Below are positions 48,843 to 58,400 of a stretch of 64,000 nucleotides of DNA, piece after piece. Under the pieces are notes generated by a model that was not told the DNA's origin, did not search any database, and saw only the letters and a list, made by a program, of their open reading frames with translations. Both the position numbers and the translations under genes were made by a program. Source of the stretch: a virus; the IMG/VR virus record IMGVR_UViG_3300012348_000111, positions 41,102 to 105,101 of that record. One strand, given 5' to 3'. Each line of letters starts with the position of its first letter. Positions within the stretch are counted from its first letter, which is position 1.

Positions 48843-49186
48843 TAGTCCTTTTTAGTTTCTACACCTAAAAGTAAAACTAAACTAATTGCTTCTTTATCTG
48901 CAGGAACTAGTTTTCTGTTTACTTGATTTTTTTCAAGAACACCTAGTTTTCTAAGTCTTGTGATTCCATTAGAAATTACTTGTACAGATGTGTTGTTTTT
49001 TTCAGCAAGAATCTGTTTTACATTTTTGTCTAGTTTTCCATAATAAGATACATTGGCTAAAATATTAGTGTATAAGTCAGATAGTCTGTATCCAGCAAGT
49101 CTTAGAATAATATCTATATATGCTTGTTGGAATGCGACTCCGTCATCATACTTTCTAGCTATTTTAGCTGATTTAACGGCTTTCAT
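48842..49186 (-). CDS. HTH DNA-binding protein
   Basis: LAEKNNTSVQVISNGITRLRKLGVL wHTH pattern. Start moved to ATG 49186 because the promoter overlaps the track's start. Confidence 0.65.
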   Translation of the reverse strand: MKAVKSAKIARKYDDGVAFQQAYIDIILRLAGYRLSDLYTNILANVSYYGKLDKNVKQILAEKNNTSVQVISNGITRLRKLGVLEKNQVNRKLVPADKEAISLVLLLGVETKKD

Positions 49187-49214
49187 TTTGATTGGTTTAT
49201 TTTTAAAATTAAAC

Positions 49215-49244
49215 CAAATATACAATCGTAATAAAAAAAGTCAA
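49215..49244 (-). promoter_or_regulatory. Bacteroidota-type -33/-7 promoter
   Basis: TTG-N19-TATATTTG upstream of the packaging operon. Confidence 0.75.
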
Positions 49245-49367
49245 GTATTATGTTATAAAACTTTAATATTATTTATTATAAAATGAAAGGTAATTTAAAA
49301 GATTAACAAATATTGTTATGTTGAAATCTACAAAAAAGATGAGTTTTCCACAAACGAACGTATTATC

Positions 49368-49398
49368 TTGAACTCGGTAGACCATTGTTGTATATTTG
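49368..49398 (+). promoter_or_regulatory. Bacteroidota-type promoter for the ncRNA
   Basis: TTG-N20-TATATTTG. Confidence 0.65.
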
Positions 49399-49399
49399 G

Positions 49400-49710
49400 A
49401 CCGACACCGTTACTCAACGATCATCTGTGAGGGCCAAAAGGTAGTTAGCAGATCAGAAGTCGGATAGTAATCTACAGAACTGAAATAATGTTCAACCATA
49501 GTGGATGAGGTTTCTCCGATAGTGTCGAAAAAAGTGTTCATTGAAAGTTACAGTATTGCGACCTACAACTAATAGACCGTAGGCAATGAGTGGACAAAAC
49601 GCAAATTCAAAGAGTAATCTTTGTCTGGTAGAACGACGACTGTAATATAAGATGAATGTTAAAATAGAAATATCTCCTTAATAGGGGGAAAATCTTCTAT
49701 TTTCTTTTTT
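49400..49710 (+). ncRNA. Structured non-coding RNA of unknown family
   Basis: Promoter (TTG 49368, TATATTTG 49391-49398); nested helices CGACAC/GTGTCG, TCGGA/TCCGA, TTACAGT/ACTGTAA, CCTAC/GTAGG, GACAAA/TTTGTC; 3' hairpin plus U-tract; no ORF. Confidence 0.65.
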
Positions 49711-49765
49711 CACAATCTCGAGGAGGGCTACATTAAGCCATATCATTAATCTAATATATAAAACA

Positions 49766-49903
49766 ATGTTAAGTATTAAACTACATTTTCCACATGATAG
49801 ATTTGCTATTGGTTGGGAAATATTCTATCCAGACGAAGAATATAATTCTACAGTAATCATATTGTTTTTAACAGTAGTTACATTAGAATTTGAATTTAAC
49901 TAA
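49766..49903 (+). CDS. Small hydrophobic protein (45 aa)
   Basis: MLSIKLHFPHDRFAIGWEIFYPDEEYNSTVIILFLTVVTLEFEFN; A-rich leader; followed by a terminator. Confidence 0.6.
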   Translation: MLSIKLHFPHDRFAIGWEIFYPDEEYNSTVIILFLTVVTLEFEFN

Positions 49904-49907
49904 AATA

Positions 49908-49940
49908 AAAAAAGCTATGACAATTAAATCATAGCTTTTT
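49908..49940. terminator. Bidirectional terminator
   Basis: AAAAAAGCTATGA-CAATTAAA-TCATAGCTTTTT between convergent units. Confidence 0.7.
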
Positions 49941-50034
49941 ATTCTTTTACTACCCCACTGCTGTTGGAGAAGTAGACTAAGACCTATAGACAATGTTTTT
50001 AGACTATGTTGGATCGCTAATAGTTACGTCTAAT

Positions 50035-50691
50035 TTAGATTAAGTCTTTTAATGACTTTAACATTTCAATTAATTTAGGATGTGGATACACATCTACTTT
50101 ATCTGTTCTAACAGAGTTATGAGTAAATATTCCATTTTCTCCTTTTAATGCTCTAGTAGATAATTCCCATATATCTTCATTATATTCTACTGAAATACCA
50201 TATACTTCTGACCAATATAATAAAAGTTTTTTTACACTTTCAATTTGTGCATCAGTATAGTTCTCATAATATTTAAATCCTCTGTGTGGAGTTTCTAATT
50301 CACATACATCAGAAGCAGGAACTTCTTTATTTAAATAATTATAGAACTTACCATTCTTCAATGTAAGTTGTCCCCAGTTTGTTATCTCAATACCTATAGA
50401 TGTTTTATCTAAGTTTTTGTATTTGAGATCTTGGATACCAAAATGTTTATTTCCAAGGCCCAAATGATAAGCCCAGAATTTCGATGGAAAACCTTGTACA
50501 ATTTCACCTTTTTTATCTATTACAACGCAAGTACCTACAGTAACGTTATCTGCTTTCCACCAATTCCAAACACTATCTGCACTAGGTCCAGATGCTGTAT
50601 GGTGAAGATAGATTTGAGTTTTCTTAACTGCTTCTTTATTAAAGTCTGAAAATTCCACCATTCTTAATGGAGGTAACTGATGTTTAGGCAT
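50035..50691 (-). CDS. N-acetylmuramoyl-L-alanine amidase (endolysin)
   Basis: LHHTAS...WAYH...SIGIEI...YTDAQ...TH...K.D amidase_2 motifs. Confidence 0.88.
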   Translation of the reverse strand: MPKHQLPPLRMVEFSDFNKEAVKKTQIYLHHTASGPSADSVWNWWKADNVTVGTCVVIDKKGEIVQGFPSKFWAYHLGLGNKHFGIQDLKYKNLDKTSIGIEITNWGQLTLKNGKFYNYLNKEVPASDVCELETPHRGFKYYENYTDAQIESVKKLLLYWSEVYGISVEYNEDIWELSTRALKGENGIFTHNSVRTDKVDVYPHPKLIEMLKSLKDLI

Positions 50692-50693
50692 AA

Positions 50694-50900
50694 TTATTTT
50701 CTATTAGTAAATTTTTCAACTACGGTTCCAAATACTGTAGCAATAGTCATATATTCTACTGCTGATATAACCTCATCTTTGTGGTTTTCATCTGCAATAA
50801 AAAGAAGAACTACTAAAGATATAAATCCAATTGTTCCTAATACTCTTTTATGTGATGTGCCTTCTGCATTTGAAAACATTGTTCTAATAAACTCTCTCAT
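50694..50900 (-). CDS. Putative holin
   Basis: 68 aa, two hydrophobic segments, SHKR motif, adjacent to the endolysin. Confidence 0.6.
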   Translation of the reverse strand: MREFIRTMFSNAEGTSHKRVLGTIGFISLVVLLFIADENHKDEVISAVEYMTIATVFGTVVEKFTNRK

Positions 50901-50920
50901 ATTGTTTGTTTTGTTTTATA

Positions 50921-50950
50921 CAAAAATATCCATATATAAAAAAAAGTCAA
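50921..50950 (-). promoter_or_regulatory. Promoter of the lysis cassette
   Basis: TTG-N19-TATTTTTG, overlapping an upstream terminator-like hairpin (50942-50969). Confidence 0.7.
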
Positions 50951-50991
50951 GGAGTTACCCCTGACTTTTAGTTAACGTAGTTTTTACGTTA

Positions 50992-51255
50992 TTAGAAGTT
51001 TTCTAATAGTTGAGCTTTAGCAAGAACTGTAAGTTGTTCGTTACCTTCAATAAAGCTTTTTAAAATAGATGTGTCACTAGGATCTAAATCTAGTTCTTCA
51101 CCTGCGTACAATTTGGTTGCCCAATAGTACATTTTAATAGCGTTTTCTTTTGTGGAAGCAGAAGCAAGCATTTGTGCAAGCAATTGTCCTAAGTCAGAAT
51201 TTTCAATTTCTTTTCCTGACAAATCAATAATTGGTTTTTTTAAATTCAATTTCAT
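50992..51255 (-). CDS. Hypothetical protein (possible fibre assembly factor)
   Basis: 87-aa ORF after the fibre genes. Confidence 0.55.
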   Translation of the reverse strand: MKLNLKKPIIDLSGKEIENSDLGQLLAQMLASASTKENAIKMYYWATKLYAGEELDLDPSDTSILKSFIEGNEQLTVLAKAQLLENF

Positions 51256-51258
51256 ATA

Positions 51259-51552
51259 TTATTCGGTTACTTTGATAAATCCTAATTCGTTTAATGCCCA
51301 ATCAATTACATACTCATCATCAGTTCCCCAATTGTTATAGGTTTCTTGATTCATAGTAATGTTTCCTTCTAAGATTAACTTACCAGGACCCATTGTAGGA
51401 GTTCCTTCTTCAGTTTGTCCGTTTTGCGTTTCTTCGAACACAGACCAGTAAAAACTTACTGATGTAGGATTAGGGGGAAAGTTCAACGCAAGAAGGTTAA
51501 AATATTTTCCAGTTCCTTTGGTTGGAACCATAACGTCTTGAATCTTAATCAT
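51259..51552 (-). CDS. Tail-fibre-associated small protein
   Basis: YNNWGTDDEYVIDW motif; has its own promoter. Confidence 0.55.
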   Translation of the reverse strand: MIKIQDVMVPTKGTGKYFNLLALNFPPNPTSVSFYWSVFEETQNGQTEEGTPTMGPGKLILEGNITMNQETYNNWGTDDEYVIDWALNELGFIKVTE

Positions 51553-51556
51553 ATTG

Positions 51557-51587
51557 CAAATATAATATAATATAAAAAATAAATCAA
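51557..51587 (-). promoter_or_regulatory. Bacteroidota-type -33/-7 promoter
   Basis: TTG-N20-TATATTTG only 4 nt before ATG 51552. Confidence 0.55.
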
Positions 51588-52384
51588 TTGATTTCTGTAG
51601 CTATAAATTTTATTTGATACTGATTGCTGTTTGGATTATCAACATAAACGACTGGAAACTGTGAACCTAACATTCCTACTGAAAAATTTAAATTCATTCC
51701 AGAACCAATTTGAGTATTTCCAATTAAAGAAAAAGAAGAATCTGGAGTAGAAGAACTATTAAAAGTTGCAGTAATAATTCCCATTTGTTGAGTATCTTGA
51801 TTTACAGTATCTACTGCCCAATATTCTATTTTTAGAAAACCTAAAAAATAAGCTGTAGAAGATTGATATAGAGTAGTTCCATTAGCGTTACCATTAACGT
51901 TAATTACTATTGGTGAGGGTGAACTACCTCCACTACCATTTGAAGCCGCTGTAAGCCTTCCCTGAGCGTCTACAGTAATATTAGCGTTAGTGTAAGAACC
52001 AGGAGTAACAGCAGTATTAGCTAAACTGATTGTTCCACTAGATGTAATTGTTCCTCCAGATAATCCAGTACCAGTAGAAATTGAAGTTACTGTTCCTAAA
52101 TATGTTTCTCCACTTATAGGTGTAAAACCTAAAGCATTGACAACATCAGTTCCAGACAGAGTAACCGCACCCTGTCTGGAATTGAAACTTGTAACTAAAT
52201 TAGCAGTATTTAAAGAAAGAGTAACATCTCCAGTACCAGAATCTACTCCAGTAAATAGCATGTTTAATCCGCCTCCAACAATTAGTTTGGTGATTAATGC
52301 TTGTCCTGGAGTAGTAGTATTAATGTCAGGTCTTCCTACTGAATAATCTTCAATTAATCTTCCTGATATTTGTGTTCTAGCCAT
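51584..52384 (-). CDS. Tail fibre protein
   Basis: [19 protein letters not shown] and [15 protein letters not shown] fibre repeats. Confidence 0.75.
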   Translation of the reverse strand: MARTQISGRLIEDYSVGRPDINTTTPGQALITKLIVGGGLNMLFTGVDSGTGDVTLSLNTANLVTSFNSRQGAVTLSGTDVVNALGFTPISGETYLGTVTSISTGTGLSGGTITSSGTISLANTAVTPGSYTNANITVDAQGRLTAASNGSGGSSPSPIVINVNGNANGTTLYQSSTAYFLGFLKIEYWAVDTVNQDTQQMGIITATFNSSSTPDSSFSLIGNTQIGSGMNLNFSVGMLGSQFPVVYVDNPNSNQYQIKFIATEIN

Positions 52385-54381
52385 TATGGTTTAAGATAAG
52401 AAATTCTGATTTTATCTGTTGAAGTAGGAGTAAATGTCATTTGAATAGTAAGAGGATTCAAAGCAGTAACTGTGTAGTCATTACCTGCACCAGGTTCCAT
52501 CAATACACCATTCAAATATACGTGTTCGCTATTAGGAACAGCTTCTCCACTACAAGTAAAAGTAGTAGCACTATTATCTGGTAATGGTCCAGGAGTTTCT
52601 CTAGTAACAACATCTGCAATATTTACAGTACCTCCAGGTAAATCAAGAATTGAAAGTGAACTACCTGAAGTCACACGACCTTTAGCATCAACAGTAACTT
52701 TAGTATAAGTACCTGCAGTTACTCCAGAATTAGCTAAAGTTAAACTAATAGCTGTAGTTCCTGATCCACTAGCATCTCCACTTACTGTAATGTTTTGGTT
52801 GCCTGTAATAAAATTTGGTGTCCAGTTAACCCATTTATTTGTTCCTCCACCAGAATAACGAAGTATTTGACCATCAGCAGGAGTTGTGATAGTAACATCA
52901 CCTAATCCACTTAAGTTACTAATCAAGTTAATTGGGGTATTGGTAACACCTGTTACACGACCTTTAGAGTCTACAGTAAATACAGGTACTTGAGTAGCAC
53001 TACCATATGTTCCAGAAGTTACACCTGAGTTAGCCAAAGAAACAGTAATACCTGTTGCACCACTACCTGTTACGTCACCAGAAAGTGTAATTGTTTGGTT
53101 ACTAGTTAAATACGTGTTTGTATCTAAAGCCCAAGTATTAGCTGCAGTTTTCTTTAGAAATCCAATAGTTCCAGCTAAAGCAGCAATTGCAGATAAGTCA
53201 GCATCATATGCTTGAACATCAGTACCAATAACTAACTCTAAAGCTGTTCTAGCTGTACTTGCGGAAGCAGCCCCAACTAATGATCTACCAAATGTTGTAA
53301 AAGCAGTAGTTGCTGCAACATCAACACCAGTAAAATAAATTAAGGTATCTGCTGCAGTAGTTACTCCAGCAATAGCTGTTAATGTAGAATCTAAGTTTTG
53401 TTTAGCATTTAGTTGTGCTTGAATAGGACTCGTAGTTCCAGTTAAGTATCCTAATTCAACAGAAGTTACTGTACTCGCACTTACTTTACCAGATCCATCA
53501 GAAATTAATGCTCTAGAAGCAGTAAGGTTAGCACTAACAATAGAAGAAGCACCTCCAATAATTGCAGCTCTTGCTCTAGAGTCTTGAAAATAAAGATTTG
53601 TACCTTCAGCAATATCAGTAGTAGTTGCTTGTGTTGCACTAGTGGCTCTACCATAAACGTCTAAAGTTACTTTGGTGTATGATCCAGCACTTACTCCAGT
53701 AGTTGCCAAATCAATGCTATCAGCATTAACTACAATTCTAGAAGAAGAAGCACTTACTACATCAAAAGTTAACCCTGTTTTTGTTAAACCAGCCCCAGCT
53801 GTATAGTCAGCTGCACCAGAAAACTGAGAAAATACAATAGAAGTAGAACCTATAGTAATAGGTCCTGGAGTACTTTGTACCCAACCAGTTGCTTGTAATG
53901 TATTACCACTTTGAACAAAGTAAAAAGCATTTACTAATTCTGTTCCTGCATCTGAATCACTTGATCTAGTCCAAGATCCAGCAGATACATCATATACACC
54001 ATTTTCAGAAGATATTGACTGGTTTTTAACAAGAACTCTATCACCAGCAATAACTGATACGCCATCTATGGTTTGTGTACCACTTAAAACAATATTAGCA
54101 GTTGTTGCTGCTTTAACAGCTGTTTTTGTACTTAAACCCTGAGCTACAGAATCTACATAAGCTTTAGTTGCAGCATCTGTATTTGCTGTAGGTGTACCTA
54201 AGTTAGTAGCTTTAAATCCACCAAATGATTGATCAGCTGTAAATGCTATTGAACCATCTTTTTTAAGAAAGTTTGCCCCATCTGCTAATTTTGATGTAGC
54301 AATTGCTGCGTTACTAGCAATGTCATTGTTGACTATTGTTAACGCATCAAGTTGGGATTTTTTAATTTTAGTTAGTGCCAT
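52384..54381 (-). CDS. Tail fibre protein
   Basis: [18 protein letters not shown]...DRVLVKNQ...NGVY, and three TxDxxGR repeats. Confidence 0.8.
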   Translation of the reverse strand: MALTKIKKSQLDALTIVNNDIASNAAIATSKLADGANFLKKDGSIAFTADQSFGGFKATNLGTPTANTDAATKAYVDSVAQGLSTKTAVKAATTANIVLSGTQTIDGVSVIAGDRVLVKNQSISSENGVYDVSAGSWTRSSDSDAGTELVNAFYFVQSGNTLQATGWVQSTPGPITIGSTSIVFSQFSGAADYTAGAGLTKTGLTFDVVSASSSRIVVNADSIDLATTGVSAGSYTKVTLDVYGRATSATQATTTDIAEGTNLYFQDSRARAAIIGGASSIVSANLTASRALISDGSGKVSASTVTSVELGYLTGTTSPIQAQLNAKQNLDSTLTAIAGVTTAADTLIYFTGVDVAATTAFTTFGRSLVGAASASTARTALELVIGTDVQAYDADLSAIAALAGTIGFLKKTAANTWALDTNTYLTSNQTITLSGDVTGSGATGITVSLANSGVTSGTYGSATQVPVFTVDSKGRVTGVTNTPINLISNLSGLGDVTITTPADGQILRYSGGGTNKWVNWTPNFITGNQNITVSGDASGSGTTAISLTLANSGVTAGTYTKVTVDAKGRVTSGSSLSILDLPGGTVNIADVVTRETPGPLPDNSATTFTCSGEAVPNSEHVYLNGVLMEPGAGNDYTVTALNPLTIQMTFTPTSTDKIRISYLKP

Positions 54382-54398
54382 TTTATTTTTGTTTTATT

Positions 54399-54899
54399 TT
54401 ATAATTGTTCATATTCAATGATTAGTCTATCCGAAGGTACAGGACTGTAAAATAGACTTATTTGATTTGTAAATGCTTCAATATAATCGTATTCAGATCC
54501 TGGAGTTAACCTTTGACCATTTAAATATACTCTTGTTGTTCCTATTTTAAAATGTTGAGATGTACTAAAATTTGTATTTGAACCATCTTTAATACCTGTT
54601 ATATTATAATCGTAATCAATTTTTAAATTAGCAGAACCACCCCCACCTCCAGATATAGAAATATCTCCAGACCCAAGTAGTGAGTAACCATTAATTGTTT
54701 TTATATTTTGACCACTGATAAGTACGGCTTGCTTCGCATTTAAAGCTTGTACTACAGAATCGGGTAATGGAAGATTTCTTAACTTAGAAAAACCATTAAT
54801 ATTCTGTTCAGTAACTACAATTAAAAGTATATCATCTAACGAAGGATTTAATATCTCATCAAAATCTGTTATTTGTTTATATTCTTGTTCTTGGTTCAT
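54399..54899 (-). CDS. Fibre-associated protein
   Basis: NIKTING..LLGSGDI; VYLNG...DY domain shared with the C-terminus of 52384-54381. Confidence 0.65.
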   Translation of the reverse strand: MNQEQEYKQITDFDEILNPSLDDILLIVVTEQNINGFSKLRNLPLPDSVVQALNAKQAVLISGQNIKTINGYSLLGSGDISISGGGGGSANLKIDYDYNITGIKDGSNTNFSTSQHFKIGTTRVYLNGQRLTPGSEYDYIEAFTNQISLFYSPVPSDRLIIEYEQL

Positions 54900-55351
54900 T
54901 AGACTTTATAAATTCTATTATATGACTGAACAATCAAACCCCTACCGACTATAGGTTTTGAATTAGGTTTTTGTGTGACAATCAAAGCACCTTGTTGTGA
55001 AATGAGATATACTAATGATACTTTTTTAGTAGATTCTTCTATATAGCTTGAATAAGGATGTGTTTCTTTAATTATAATTTCTCCAGGTAAAAGTTTCGAA
55101 TTCTTTATAAGTTTGGTCTCTATAAACGTATCTATAAATTTTTCAAACTTTTTAGGATTTCTTATTTTATTTCCTGTTTTAATTTTAATAATATCCCTAG
55201 TCTTATCTAGGGTCATAGGATACTTATTAAAATTAATTCTTATGTCTAATATATTAAATTCACTCACTTCTATAATCTTATATCTATTATTAGATATTAA
55301 AGAAAGAAGAGTGGGAACAAATGTTGTAGGATTACAATATATTTTAGACAC
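54899..55351 (-). CDS. Hypothetical protein
   Basis: 150-aa AT-rich ORF behind the promoter at 55377-55406. Confidence 0.5.
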   Translation of the reverse strand: MSKIYCNPTTFVPTLLSLISNNRYKIIEVSEFNILDIRINFNKYPMTLDKTRDIIKIKTGNKIRNPKKFEKFIDTFIETKLIKNSKLLPGEIIIKETHPYSSYIEESTKKVSLVYLISQQGALIVTQKPNSKPIVGRGLIVQSYNRIYKV

Positions 55352-55376
55352 ATTTATCCAATTAATTTATTAATTA

Positions 55377-55406
55377 CAAATATAGTATTTATGAAACATT
55401 TGTCAA
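55377..55406 (-). promoter_or_regulatory. Bacteroidota-type -33/-7 promoter
   Basis: TTG-N19-TATATTTG upstream of 55351. Confidence 0.7.
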
Positions 55407-58400
55407 GATGCCGCCCTCAAAGTGTAAAGTCTGTCCTGCTCCTGTAGGAATATCTATAGTTAATCCTAGTTGACCAGCTGCTTTAAATGCTTGAGCTGAT
55501 ACAACTCCTTCAACATGTAATCTACTTGTTGGAGTAATAGTACCTATTCCCACATCTCCTGTGTTTGTTATTCTCATACGCTCTATATTGTTTGTTCCAA
55601 ACATCATAGGAGCATCTTCATACATCCAAGTAACAAATCCATCACTACGTAAGATACCGACCATAGCACCATCTGTAGATGTCATTCCGTATGAGTCATG
55701 TGTGAATCTTACTAAAGAACTCCAGTTATAGGGAGAATGCATGTGGAGACCATACGCCTCAACTGCTGGAAAACTAGGAGTTTTATGTCCCATAGTAACA
55801 GTAGAAGTTAATTTAGTAGAACCTCCCCCACCAAAAAACTCAAACTGCTTACCTCCGTCTTGTTCTATAAAGAACGACCCGTTAGAGTCTACGTTTACAC
55901 CAATTTTTATTCTGTAATAAGGATCACCTGCTGTTGGTCTAGGGTCTAAAACAATATTAGCTTGGTTTGTTGTAGTGTGTATTATAAGTCTAGTATGAGC
56001 ATCTGCTGCAGGAGATACAACATCGCCTATCAACATTCTATTTGCACCTGAAATATGTAATTTTTCTAGGGGATTAATAGTTCCAATACCTAAACTTCCT
56101 GTACCACTTAAAGTCATTAGGTGTACAGCATTTGTAGCTGTAGTTGCTTGATACCACCTATGATTATCTCCTGAGTAATATGTTACAGCTCCATTCTGTA
56201 CACCAAATCCTGCCAACCAGCTACTATCAAAAAGAGTTATTTTATTTGGGCCTCTTGAAGAGTCGTTATAATCATTGTCAAAAATTAAACGATTAGCAGA
56301 ACTATAAGGAGAACTATTGTTGGCCCCTAAACCTCCTGTAATATATCCACTTCCACCTACTAAATGTAATCTATACGAAGGAGAAGTTGTTCCTATACCT
56401 ACATTACCATTTGGAGCTATTTGGACTTTTTCAGTAAGTGTTGTTGAATTATTACCTGTGTAAAATCTAATTCCTCCATAATCTCCTAATGTTATCCAAT
56501 CTCCTCCGTCTCTTAATTTTATGTAATGATACTCATCAAACCCATATATATTACCTCCCCCTCCGTTGTTAATCATAACATTTCCTCCACTAACGTGTAA
56601 TCTATAAGCTGGAGTTTGAGTGCCAATACCAAAAGCAGAAGAAGTAGCATAGAACATTGTAGCTGCTGATGTATTTCTTATATGATAAGAAGTAAAATGT
56701 CCTGTGTAACCACCACTATTATTGTACTGATACATTCCACCAAAAGGATCTAGTACACGTAAACCTGCTACTCCTGAGGCCAAATCTGATCCTTGTTGTA
56801 GTTCAAATCTAGTAGAGTATACAGTACCTTCTACGTGAAGTTTACCTAAATTAGGATTAGTTGTGCCGATTCCTACCAAACCTCTATCAAAAACTAGTAT
56901 ATCATTGTATGCTGTACCATTATTTACTTGGCTAAAATTCCACCGAACAACTCCTGAAGTTACAGTTTGTTTCAGTATAAGTCGATAAGAGTCAATATCT
57001 GAGTATCTCCATGTAGTTGCAAGAACATTGTCTGCAGTTGATTCAGAAAATATTGTTGGGTTTCTCGCATTAAAAGTTCCATTTACTTGTAACTTATACC
57101 CAGCATCTGTAGTGGTTCCTACAAGTACATTACCTGCTAACCAAGTAGATGTAGTTGATGAGTTGCCTATCCAAGTTCTATTTGACTCACTAGTATTAAC
57201 TCCATTTGTTCCTTTTCCAATAAAAATATTGTTAGAACCTGATAGATTATTTTGCCCTGCTAATTCTCCTATTGCTATGTTGTCGCTCCCTGTTGTGTTT
57301 TGCAATGATTGAGTTCCAATAGCTACATTGTAGTTACCGTTAATTAATCCTGATAGAGCATAGTTTCCTACAGCTACGTTATTAAATCCATTTACTGCTG
57401 AAAGTAGAGTCTGTCGGCCAATTCCCATGTTATCCCACCCAGTCGTATTGCTGTACAAAGCAGATTCTCCAATACCTATATTATGTCTACCTGTAGTATT
57501 GGAGTAAAGAGTATCTCTTCCTATTGCTACTCCTCTTCCTGTAGTATTACTGAATAAAGCGTAATAACCTACCGCAACATTATCACTGCCTGCAATGTTA
57601 TTGTTTAAAGCTTGAAATCCTAGTATAGTGTTACTTGCTACTGCTCCTGGTCCTCTACCAACAGTTAAAGTATCTATACTAGAAAGCCCTACAGTTATTG
57701 AGTTAGTAGTACTATTACCAGCAGTAGTTACAGCATCTAATGTTGGCGTAGCAGGAGTAGGTAATGCTCCATAAGTAAGTTCTCCTGTAGTTGTATTGTA
57801 GTATACTTGACTTGTATGTGTTGCGTTGGTTAATACTGCTGATACTGTTCCTTGTACTCTTAGTTTATGTCCTGTGTCTGTTGTTGTACCTATGAGGACG
57901 TTACCTGTATTACCAGGAGTTATAGTCATTGTTGGCGAAACCCCATAACCTCCAGCATAAAAAAGAATACGACTAGTACCCCCAGAAAGAACACCTCCAT
58001 CTGTCATAAAATACAACGGTATTGCTCCTTGTGTAAAAAATCCTGCTTGCTCTCCAGTTGTATAACTAGGTCCACTTATCTGTGCATTTAATAGTTTTCC
58101 TGCTGAGTTTATTAATGAAAAATTAGCAGCAGAACTACTACTTGTATTACGCACCGCAAAAAATGTTCTGCCATTACTACCAGACCCACTACCATCTACA
58201 AATAACTTTAATGTTCCAGTTATTGTTGGAAAAGTAGTAGTACCAATACCTACTCTATCATTAGCAGCATCTACGTATAGAGTATCAGTATCTACTGTTA
58301 AGTTGCCTGAGACTCTCGCAGTACCATTTACATCTAATTTATATCCTGCATCGGTAGTGGTGTTTATGAGAACATTACCACTTGCTGATACTATACGCAT

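Noticed and set aside
49400-49710. tRNA, tmRNA or RNase P identity for the ncRNA
   Set aside because: No cloverleaf, TTCRA T-loop, CCA end or GAGGAAAGUCC motif seen.
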